A DNA stretch of 62,020 nt from a virus. Its lineage: Duplodnaviria > Heunggongvirae > Uroviricota > Caudoviricetes. A program made the position numbers and the translations under genes. This document shows positions 1 through 7,176 of the stretch, piece after piece. The stretch is taken from the IMG/VR virus record IMGVR_UViG_3300023082_000008, positions 64,001 to 126,020 of that record. One strand, given 5' to 3'. The notes under the pieces were generated by a model, which worked only from the letters and a program-made list of their open reading frames with translations, was not told where the DNA came from and searched no databases. Each line of letters begins with the position of its first letter. Positions within the stretch are counted from its first letter, which is position 1.

Positions 1-643
1 GCATCTTCTCTTCGAAAATCTTGCCCATAGGCTTCGCTACCTGCTCACGAATCTCGTACAACGCTTGGTCATCTTCTCGCAGCGTCAAAAACGCCATGAG
101 GTTGCGTGGATTAACTGTAGCATAGAATGAGGTCATCAGATTAAGGGGGAGGTACTGACGGGCAACCTCGTTCGCCATACCGGCATCCTTGAGGCGCATG
201 TAGCGGTTCCAGTCCTCTTCTGCTGCGGTCTGACCCTCATTGACGAGCAGGGTATAGTCATTAGGACCGCCCGGTACAAAGGTGTAGGCACCGATCTTAC
301 CAGACTGAACCAACGGACGCTCAGGTGGGGCAATGTAGAAATATGGCTCCATGGTCTTGTATCGACCAGAGGTTTCATTGTATCCCCACGTGCGGTGTCT
401 GTGAAATTCTCTTGCCACAAAGATTGGGCACTCAACAAAAAACGTAAACTGCCCGTGCTCGAATGGAGAATTGTGTGAGTTAGAATACAGGAAGTTGATG
501 AGTCCACCAATACGTTCTTCCTGCTCTGTTTCCAAAGCCTCACGTCCAAGATTTGAAACCCATGCTGCACGTGCCACCATCTCATCTCCGCCGGTAAAGT
601 TAATCAACTTCACTGACGAAGTGTTAGTAAATTGTATGGTCAC
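1..643 (-). CDS. thyX: FAD-dependent thymidylate synthase (3' end runs off the window; absent from the ORF track)
   Basis: Hand translation from GTG at 643: MTIQFTNTSSVKLINFTGGDEMVARAAWVS...SPFEHGQFTFFVECPIFVAREFHRHRTWGYNETSGRY...EVARQYLPLNLMTSFYATVNPRNLMAFLTLR. It carries the ThyX RHRx7S motif. The GTGA overlaps the HIT stop codon. Confidence 0.93.
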   Translation of the reverse strand, partial: MTIQFTNTSSVKLINFTGGDEMVARAAWVSNLGREALETEQEERIGGLINFLYSNSHNSPFEHGQFTFFVECPIFVAREFHRHRTWGYNETSGRYKTMEPYFYIAPPERPLVQSGKIGAYTFVPGGPNDYTLLVNEGQTAAEEDWNRYMRLKDAGMANEVARQYLPLNLMTSFYATVNPRNLMAFLTLREDDQALYEIREQVAKPMGKIFEEKM

Positions 644-993
644 TTGATTTGTCCTGTCCATGGTAGATGTAGGCCATCATTTGGTCTGCGGGGTACGTAG
701 TGTACGTGTAAATGAAATACTGTTTGTGTTGCATTAGTACCGGCGCTGGTGATCAAATTAAAATCGCTGGCGTTACGCTTCTTTTCATTAGCGTAGTCAG
801 CCGCGCGGTAGAAAACATTCGCAGTGACTATTGGTTCTTCTGATGCACTTTCAACATGCTGTTTGGGAACGAACAGCATGTGACCCGGTGTCACTGGATT
901 AAGGGGTTCAAAATGAACGACACTGCCGGGATGATGACGAAAAACCTTTTCACTATTACCATTAGCAAGGTCGCAGAATACGCAATTAGTCAT
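640..993 (-). CDS. HIT-family nucleotide hydrolase
   Basis: N-terminal CVFC and HxHxH motif (FHLHVHYVPR). Likely start is ATG 993 (MTNCVFC) rather than 1026. Confidence 0.9.
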   Translation of the reverse strand: MTNCVFCDLANGNSEKVFRHHPGSVVHFEPLNPVTPGHMLFVPKQHVESASEEPIVTANVFYRAADYANEKKRNASDFNLITSAGTNATQTVFHLHVHYVPRRPNDGLHLPWTGQIK

Positions 994-1264
994 GTATAAT
1001 TTCCAAATCTGATAGTTGTGTTCCACGGCTCCAACACTGGGCCATGAATGTTTCGATCATGTTAACAGTCGTGCCATATCCAAACAAGACTTTGTCTCCC
1101 TTAAGGATGTTTCTGCCTTCAAGAATATGGGTTTGTGGTCCAATCCATATCACATTAGTGAAATAAGAGCCATTTCTCATACGGTCTGAAATCTCTTGAA
1201 AACCGTGTTTTCTCAATTCATCTGTAGCAATTTTGTGGCTACCGGCCAGTACGTATGTTGTCAT
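986..1264 (-). CDS. hypothetical protein
   Basis: 92-aa ORF tightly packed and overlapping both neighbours in the leftward operon. Confidence 0.7.
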   Translation of the reverse strand: MTTYVLAGSHKIATDELRKHGFQEISDRMRNGSYFTNVIWIGPQTHILEGRNILKGDKVLFGYGTTVNMIETFMAQCWSRGTQLSDLEIIHD

Positions 1265-1455
1265 TTTAAATCCTTAGAGGATTGTTGTTCGTCTAACGCA
1301 AACAGTAATTGAATACACCAAGGTTGTGTACCGATGATGTCAGAAATTTGATCAATATCAAAACCCTGTTCAAAAAGATCATAGATATAATTCAACTGAA
1401 CCTTACCTTCATGTGTAACTGTCCAGTTACTTGTACCCTCAGTTGAGTCTTGCAA
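1261..1455 (-). CDS. hypothetical protein
   Basis: 64-aa ORF with ATGA-type overlap into the next gene. Confidence 0.65.
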   Translation of the reverse strand: MQDSTEGTSNWTVTHEGKVQLNYIYDLFEQGFDIDQISDIIGTQPWCIQLLFALDEQQSSKDLK

Positions 1456-1660
1456 GGTTCTCTCTCATCTGTTCAAGTGCATCAAGTCCCGGAATGATTG
1501 TTGACTCACAAACATAGCAAGTCAAGGCCGGTATAGGATCGTCACTTTTAAGATTCAATCCTACTGTATAAAGTCTAGCACCATCATTAGGACATGGAAT
1601 TGGTTGTAACAACCCTTCGTCAACCATTCGCTGGTAACGATGAAAAAGTTTGAAAGTCAT
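1439..1660 (-). CDS. small zinc-ribbon-like protein
   Basis: CPND...CYVC motif. Preceded by extended -10 TGTTAGAAT with a 7-nt spacer to ATG (leaderless geometry). Confidence 0.75.
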   Translation of the reverse strand: MTFKLFHRYQRMVDEGLLQPIPCPNDGARLYTVGLNLKSDDPIPALTCYVCESTIIPGLDALEQMRENLARLN

Positions 1661-1667
1661 AATCTCT

Positions 1668-1676
1668 ATTCTAACA
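1668..1676 (-). promoter_or_regulatory. extended -10 promoter of the leftward operon
   Basis: Minus strand TGT-TAGAAT, 7 nt before ATG 1660. Confidence 0.65.
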
Positions 1677-1682
1677 TGCGTT

Positions 1683-1726
1683 GCCGCCCTGCGGGCGGTG
1701 CGCCTTCGGCGGGTCGCTTCGCTCCC
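1683..1726. other. three adjacent GC-rich mini-hairpins with GNA triloops on the minus strand
   Basis: CCGCCC-GCA-GGGCGG (1684-1698), CGCC-GAA-GGCG (1701-1711) and GC-GAA-GC (1716-1722), followed by an AT-rich tract at 1727-1744. Confidence 0.7.
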
Positions 1727-2118
1727 ATGATTTTTTAAATTTTAGGGAAGACATAACCCAGAACAAGACATAGTTCGGCTTAAAGAAAGGTACGACCACA
1801 AACCAGTGAAAGCCTAAGCCCGGTACGGTGTTTGTACTCACCTTACGTTGGTCCGGTACCCGTCAGGTCTCCCTATAACGGCCCTAATCTACCAACCACC
1901 GGTTGAATCTCTCCAACCCTAAGTGGAAGCCTCGCACTGGGGGAAAAAGAACGATCCCCAGCGGAGGAGTGCAGTTTTAGAACCGTCAAGTAGAAAAACA
2001 CAACATCTCAACACTGGGGACCAGATTGGGAAATCAAATTTGTTTAACTGCTTGACGGTTCCTGCCCACCAAGTGTAACACAACTGATTTCCCAAACGCA
2101 AACAAGCGCTCTCGTGCT
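1727..2118 (-). ncRNA. candidate large structured non-coding RNA (unknown family)
   Basis: Own -35/-10 promoter, no credible ORF. Helices 2026-2036/2085-2095 (11 bp perfect), 1980-1990/2051-2061 (11 bp perfect, crossing the first), 1937-1942/1956-1961, and 1743-1752/1867-1875. Confidence 0.5.
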
Positions 2119-2123
2119 CTATA

Positions 2124-2152
2124 AGTATAGCACTTTCAGACCGGGATCGCAA
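2124..2152 (-). promoter_or_regulatory. sigma-70-type promoter pointing into the non-coding region
   Basis: Minus strand TTGCGA-17 nt-TATACT with extended TG. Predicted TSS about 2117-2118. Confidence 0.75.
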
Positions 2153-2156
2153 GGTG

Positions 2157-2165
2157 TGGTACTCT
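2157..2165 (+). promoter_or_regulatory. extended -10 promoter (leaderless) for the glycosyltransferase
   Basis: TGG-TACTCT, 6 nt, then ATG 2172. Confidence 0.6.
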
Positions 2166-2171
2166 AGAAAG

Positions 2172-3098
2172 ATGGAATTAGAAATGTATGGAATCTCTGC
2201 CCGTAATGACGGTTTTGGTACTGCTGGCAGACAAATTATGGCATCTATGGAACGTTGTGGAATTGATATTGTTAAGAAATCTGATGTTTCCTTAACGTTT
2301 TCTCAGCCTCATCAGTTCAAGGCTCCGAGCAAGTATAACATTGGTTATTTTCCTTGGGAGTCCAGTGAGCCTTGGCATAAGATGAACTGGTTACCGCGCC
2401 TTGAGAAACAGGACGAGTTGTGGGTCACATCACGCTGGCAGCGAGACATTGTTGGCGAGTGGGGATACGATAACATTTATGTCTACGAGCATGGCATAAA
2501 TCCGATCTGGGAGCCTGTAAAAAGATCGGTGGGGGATAAGGTCACTTTCCTTTTCATGGGCCTTGAGGCGCTTAGGAAGGGCGGTATAGAGGCTATTAGA
2601 GCCTTTAACACGGCCTTTAAGGGAGTAGATGACGTAGAACTGATTGTCAAGACCCAAGGCTCCATCATGCAATCACCATTCCCTAAGATCAGATTTATCA
2701 ATCAAGATATGAGTTTTCCAGACTTGGTTCAACTTTATGGGAATTGTCATGTGTTTGTAGCACCAACATATGGCGAGGGATTTGGACTACCGGCCCGAGA
2801 TGCAGCCGGTACAGGTATGCCAGTCATTGCTACCTCGGGATTCCTACCTTACGAAAAACTACTATCAGACAAATTGCTTATCAAATCAGGTTTAATTGAC
2901 TCTCCATGGCCAGATATTCATCCGGGAAAAATGTTCAAGCCAGACCTTGATGATTTGGTGGGACGGTACCGGTATGCTTATGAACATATTGAGGAACAAA
3001 TTGACGAGGCCCATAGAAAAGCACCACGCATTCATGCCCAATACAATTGGGATTCTTTGACACAAGAAGCCTTTTCACGCTTGGCTTTAAGAATCTGA
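2172..3098 (+). CDS. glycosyltransferase, GT-B fold (family 1/GT4-like)
   Basis: EGFGLPARDAAGTGMPVIAT motif, YFPWESS, HGINP, RKGG. Start moved to ATG 2172 by promoter geometry. Confidence 0.88.
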   Translation: MELEMYGISARNDGFGTAGRQIMASMERCGIDIVKKSDVSLTFSQPHQFKAPSKYNIGYFPWESSEPWHKMNWLPRLEKQDELWVTSRWQRDIVGEWGYDNIYVYEHGINPIWEPVKRSVGDKVTFLFMGLEALRKGGIEAIRAFNTAFKGVDDVELIVKTQGSIMQSPFPKIRFINQDMSFPDLVQLYGNCHVFVAPTYGEGFGLPARDAAGTGMPVIATSGFLPYEKLLSDKLLIKSGLIDSPWPDIHPGKMFKPDLDDLVGRYRYAYEHIEEQIDEAHRKAPRIHAQYNWDSLTQEAFSRLALRI

Positions 3099-3148
3099 CA
3101 ATGCTAGACTTGACATAACAAATCTTTTATGAAAGGTGGGAAATACTC

Positions 3149-3571
3149 ATGGCAAATCCTCCAAGTGAATCGGCTGAATCTCGTTTCAACCGTGATTGGG
3201 AAAATATTGGCGACTCTCGTAAGCAGCGTGGCTGGGATATGCAGCCAGCAGGACGACGTAACCGTCGTTATGTCCGTGCTGATGGATCAGCAGTTGAGTT
3301 GTTCGCTTCCGTTGCACCAGCCATTACCGGCTCTGCACGTGTAGGTCAGACACTAACTGTTGACAACGGCACATGGAACGTATCTGGCGTAACTTACACA
3401 CGTAAGTGGTACGCCGCAGGTACTGAGATTTCTGGTCAGACCGGTACAACGTACACGGTTCAGGCTGGCGATCTAGGCAAGCAGATTACTGCTCGCGTAA
3501 CCGGCACAAAGTCCGGCTACGGCAACCGTTCCGTTCTGACTGCACCAACCTCTGCTGTAATCGCAGCGTAA
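3149..3571 (+). CDS. Ig-like domain protein, probable virion decoration protein
   Basis: PAITGSARVGQTLTVDNGTW...YTVQAGDLGKQITARVTG...GY Ig-like module after a charged ~50-aa N-terminus. SD AAAGGTGG. Confidence 0.7.
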   Translation: MANPPSESAESRFNRDWENIGDSRKQRGWDMQPAGRRNRRYVRADGSAVELFASVAPAITGSARVGQTLTVDNGTWNVSGVTYTRKWYAAGTEISGQTGTTYTVQAGDLGKQITARVTGTKSGYGNRSVLTAPTSAVIAA

Positions 3572-3614
3572 GTCCCACCCGCAACACAAATTTAGAGTAT
3601 GAGGAGGTCACACA

Positions 3615-3905
3615 ATGACTGACGAAACCAAGAATGACAAGCCAGAAGAGGCAACAGACAAGTCCGTAGACAAGGGCGAGTTCGTTGCTCCAGAATCGGG
3701 CAACGCACCAACCGCTACCGCTTACCTAGGTAATGACGAGTGGACTGGTACTGAGCCAATTCTACAGGGGTCACCTTACTACCACAATGGTCGTCTGATT
3801 ACCACTCAGGAAGAACTTGACGCAATTCGCAAGGAATTCGACGAGTACGCTAAGAACGACGAAAATGTAGTTAACCCCGGCGGCGATCCAAAGCCAAAGA
3901 AGTAA
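3615..3905 (+). CDS. acidic hypothetical protein
   Basis: Strong SD GAGGAGGT, 96 aa, followed by a terminator. Confidence 0.75.
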   Translation: MTDETKNDKPEEATDKSVDKGEFVAPESGNAPTATAYLGNDEWTGTEPILQGSPYYHNGRLITTQEELDAIRKEFDEYAKNDENVVNPGGDPKPKK

Positions 3906-3910
3906 TTACT

Positions 3911-3977
3911 AAAAGTAAGACCCGGCTGAGCCCCCACTTCACTCGTGGAATAAGGGAGAGCCGGGTCTTACTTTTTA
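3911..3977 (+). terminator. intrinsic terminator with a 31-nt internal loop region
   Basis: 17-bp perfect inverted repeat AAAAGTAAGACCCGGCT (3911-3927) / AGCCGGGTCTTACTTTT (3959-3975). Confidence 0.8.
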
Positions 3978-4076
3978 TGTTGCGAACAATACACCCAAAA
4001 CTCTTCAAAAATTATGAGATGAGGTTGGTCGGGTGGTACACTTGTAGAACACCAAATTTATATGGAAGGGGCGATT

Positions 4077-4304
4077 TTGACTGTGATTACAGTATATTCA
4101 CAACCAAACTGTGTTCCCTGCAAGAAGGTCAAGACATGGCTGGACAGCAAGGAAATCGCATACGTCGAGAAGGACGTAACCGCTGATGTAGCAGCGTTTA
4201 ATGAACTACAGGCACTAGGATACAACAGTACACCCGTTGTGTCTACACCGACCCGAGCATGGGCCGGTATTGACTTGGCCAAGATGAAGTCGTTGCTAGT
4301 ATGA
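4077..4304 (+). CDS. nrdH: NrdH-like glutaredoxin
   Basis: VYSQPNCVPC redoxin motif and STPVV. TTG start after GGAAGGGG. Overlaps nrdJ (ATGA-type). Confidence 0.88.
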   Translation: MTVITVYSQPNCVPCKKVKTWLDSKEIAYVEKDVTADVAAFNELQALGYNSTPVVSTPTRAWAGIDLAKMKSLLV

Positions 4305-6220
4305 GTCTAGTAAAGGGTGAAATTGAGAATCCGTACCAGTCGTTTATCAGCAAGTCCAGATATTCGAAATGGATTCCAGAAGAGACGCGTCGTGAGACGT
4401 GGCACGAAACGGTTAGCCGATATGTGACATACATGTCTAAGACGGACGCCGGTAGGAGACTAGGCAAGGCATTCTGGAACGATGCAGAAGTTGCTATCGA
4501 GAACCTAGACGTAATGCCCTCAATGCGTGGGCTTATGACCGCTGGTCCTGCACTAGAACGCGAAAACCTAGCGCAGTTTAACTGTTCATTCATTTCAGTT
4601 GATGACCCACGAGCGTTTGATGAGGCTCTGTACATTCTGATGAATGGTGTAGGCCTAGGATTCAGTGTTGAATCCCAGTACACATCACAGTTGCCAACCA
4701 TTCCTGTAACCCTTGAAAAGGTACAGACAGTTGTACGCCCCGGAGACAGCAAGGCTGGTTGGGCTCGCGGATTCCGTCAACTGATTACCCAGTTGTACTC
4801 AGGACAGATTCCGAAGTTCGACTTCCAAGACATTCGCCCCGCAGGCGCACGTCTAAAGACATTTGGTGGTCGCGCAAGCGGACCACAGCCTCTGTTTGAC
4901 CTGTTCCAGTTTACTGTGGACATGTTCGTGAATGCAGCAGGACGCAAGTTGACACCATTTGAGTGCCACCGCATTATGTGCAAGGTGGGTGAGGTCGTGG
5001 TTGTTGGAGGCGTTCGTCGTTCAGCACTGATCAGCCTGTCCGATCTTGGAGATTACGAAATGTCCAAGGCAAAGTCCGGTGCATGGTGGGAGTCAATGCC
5101 TGAATTGGCACTGGCAAACAACTCTGCTGTTTACAACAAGCAGCCTTCGATTGGTCAGTTCCTCACCGAGTGGGGTAACCTGTATGAGTCAAAGTCAGGC
5201 GAGCGCGGTATCTTCAATAAGGAATCTGCTGTGCGTGGCTCAAACGACCGTAGAGACTGGACAAAGATCGAGGGTACGAACCCTTGTGGAGAAATCCTAC
5301 TTCGCTCTAAGGGCCTATGCAACCTTACTGAGGTTATTGTTAAGTCCGAGGACACTGTTACAACTCTACAGCGTAAGGTTGAATTGGCTACCGCGTTGGG
5401 AACAGTGCAATCCAGCCTAACTAACTTTAAGTACCTGCGCAAGGCATGGCGTGACAACGCTGAGGAAGAGCGTCTTTTGGGCGTATCTCTCACAGGACAG
5501 TTTGGTCACACACTCTTGAATGGTTCTGAGGGACTAGACAAGTTGGCCGATGTACTCGACCTTCTTCGTTTGACCTCGATTGCAACCAACAAGGTTTACG
5601 CACGAAAGATTGGCATTAACCCATCGCAGGCAATTACCACGGTAAAGCCAAGCGGTACGGTTAGCCAGTTGACTGCATCAAGTTCAGGTATGCACCCATG
5701 GTACAGCGAGTTTTACATTCGTTCAGTCCGTGGAGATAACAAGGACCCACTGACCCAGTTCCTTATCGAGGCAGGCGTTCCCAACGAGCCAGACGTGATG
5801 AAGCCGAATGCAACAACTGTATTCTACTTCCCACAGAAGGCACCAGAGGGCGCGGTAACTCGAAAGGACTTGACTGCTATCCAGCACCTAGAGGTCTGGA
5901 AGGTATACAAACAGCACTGGACGGAGCACAACCCATCCATTACCATCAACCTCCACGAGGAAGAATGGATCAATGGCGCAGACTGGGTATACGACAACTG
6001 GGACAGCGTCGGTGGCTTGAGTTTCTTGCCATACGATTCCGGTACGTACAAGCAGGCCCCTTATCAGGAATGCAGTGAGCACGAGTACAACGAATTCATG
6101 AGCGGAATGCCAGCCATTGACTGGGATGACCTCAGCCTATTCGAAGAAGAGGACACGACGACCGGTAGTCAGACATTGAACTGCACGAGCGGTAACTGTG
6201 AACTTGTGGACATCTCCTAA
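4301..6220 (+). CDS. nrdJ: class II (B12-dependent) ribonucleotide reductase
   Basis: FNCSF, GGVRRSA, TNPCGEI, TTVKPSGT and C-terminal CTSGNC. No beta subunit nearby. Confidence 0.93.
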   Translation: MSLVKGEIENPYQSFISKSRYSKWIPEETRRETWHETVSRYVTYMSKTDAGRRLGKAFWNDAEVAIENLDVMPSMRGLMTAGPALERENLAQFNCSFISVDDPRAFDEALYILMNGVGLGFSVESQYTSQLPTIPVTLEKVQTVVRPGDSKAGWARGFRQLITQLYSGQIPKFDFQDIRPAGARLKTFGGRASGPQPLFDLFQFTVDMFVNAAGRKLTPFECHRIMCKVGEVVVVGGVRRSALISLSDLGDYEMSKAKSGAWWESMPELALANNSAVYNKQPSIGQFLTEWGNLYESKSGERGIFNKESAVRGSNDRRDWTKIEGTNPCGEILLRSKGLCNLTEVIVKSEDTVTTLQRKVELATALGTVQSSLTNFKYLRKAWRDNAEEERLLGVSLTGQFGHTLLNGSEGLDKLADVLDLLRLTSIATNKVYARKIGINPSQAITTVKPSGTVSQLTASSSGMHPWYSEFYIRSVRGDNKDPLTQFLIEAGVPNEPDVMKPNATTVFYFPQKAPEGAVTRKDLTAIQHLEVWKVYKQHWTEHNPSITINLHEEEWINGADWVYDNWDSVGGLSFLPYDSGTYKQAPYQECSEHEYNEFMSGMPAIDWDDLSLFEEEDTTTGSQTLNCTSGNCELVDIS

Positions 6221-6261
6221 CTCTGGTAGACTTTACAAGAGTTAGAGGCAGCACTATCCAG

Positions 6262-6299
6262 CCCCCATCCGAACAACTGAAGCCTCGGATGGGGGTTTC
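6262..6299 (+). terminator. intrinsic terminator
   Basis: CCCCCATCCGA / TCGGATGGGGG 11-bp stem followed by TTTCT. Confidence 0.8.
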
Positions 6300-6333
6300 T
6301 GCATTAGAATTATTGAAGGCGTACAATTATGGT

Positions 6334-7176
6334 ATGAGCAAACCAATTAATGGAACCCAACTAAAGGCCGCTTTCAAGAAGTGGGACGTAGACGCTGAGT
6401 ATCTTAGCGGATTCGAGACCCGTGGCCGACCAGCAAGCCTCGGATGGGGCGACGTCAAGGGCATCGTCATTCACCACACTGCTGATGAAACTCAGTCAGA
6501 ATCTTATGTGAATTGGCTATTCAAGACAGGTCGAGCAGACCTCCCAGCCCCATTGTGCCACTTTGCAACAAACAAGAAGGGCAAGACATATGTAGGAGCC
6601 CTTGGTCGTGCAAATCACGCCGGTAAAGGATCAGCAAGCGTACTAGACCTAGTAAAGTCAGAAAAGTATGACGGATTTAATAAAGAACTAAAGGGCGGTA
6701 ATTCCAAGGATGGAAACGCAGTCTTTTACGGTAATGAAGTTATGTACCGTGGAGTTAACGGTTTCCACATGACTAATGAACAGTATCAGGGAGTTCTCAA
6801 GTTTTGTGCCGCGTTGTGCGACTTCCACGGATGGTCAGCACTTAGCATCATTGGACACCGAGAGTGGGCATCTACCAAGATTGACCCTGGCTATGTTGAC
6901 ATGGCCAAGTTGCGTCGCGACGTGCAGAAATTGCTAGACAGTAAGGATTCAGCACCAGCGCCGGTAGAAGTAGATAGCCCAACAACCCTCAAGGTTCAGA
7001 CATATTACGTAAACAAAGACGTAGTCAACGGTTACGACAAGCCCAATGGTAAATCAAAGAAGCAGCGCTCACGCAACTTCAAGTTGTACACCGTAGCCTA
7101 CAAAATTGTTAATGGCGAAACATGGGTGCGTCATCCAGCGGGACTATGGTATCGAGAAGCGGGTCTTCGTAAGTGA
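6334..7176 (+). CDS. endolysin, N-acetylmuramoyl-L-alanine amidase (Amidase_2) with C-terminal SH3-like region
   Basis: GIVIHHTA, GRANHAG, IGHREW, KIDPG. Start ATG 6334, 6 nt after TACAAT. Confidence 0.9.
   Translation: MSKPINGTQLKAAFKKWDVDAEYLSGFETRGRPASLGWGDVKGIVIHHTADETQSESYVNWLFKTGRADLPAPLCHFATNKKGKTYVGALGRANHAGKGSASVLDLVKSEKYDGFNKELKGGNSKDGNAVFYGNEVMYRGVNGFHMTNEQYQGVLKFCAALCDFHGWSALSIIGHREWASTKIDPGYVDMAKLRRDVQKLLDSKDSAPAPVEVDSPTTLKVQTYYVNKDVVNGYDKPNGKSKKQRSRNFKLYTVAYKIVNGETWVRHPAGLWYREAGLRK

Noticed and set aside
136-585. 149-aa minus-strand ORF in the track
   Set aside because: It shadows thyX, which is encoded in another frame of the same strand with clear motifs.
1757-1785. GTTCGGCTTA resembling the RNase P RNA 3' conserved region
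   Set aside because: No matching GGAAAGUCC 5' partner upstream, and it is on the strand opposite the promoter.
1813-1923. Several CCCTAA/CCTAAG (TTAGGG-like) words
   Set aside because: Irregular spacing and only 3-4 short copies. Not a tandem, iteron or telomere-type array.
1919-2152. 77-aa minus-strand ORF in the non-coding region
   Set aside because: Its start lies upstream of the predicted TSS, inside the -35. There is no SD and the composition is not protein-like.
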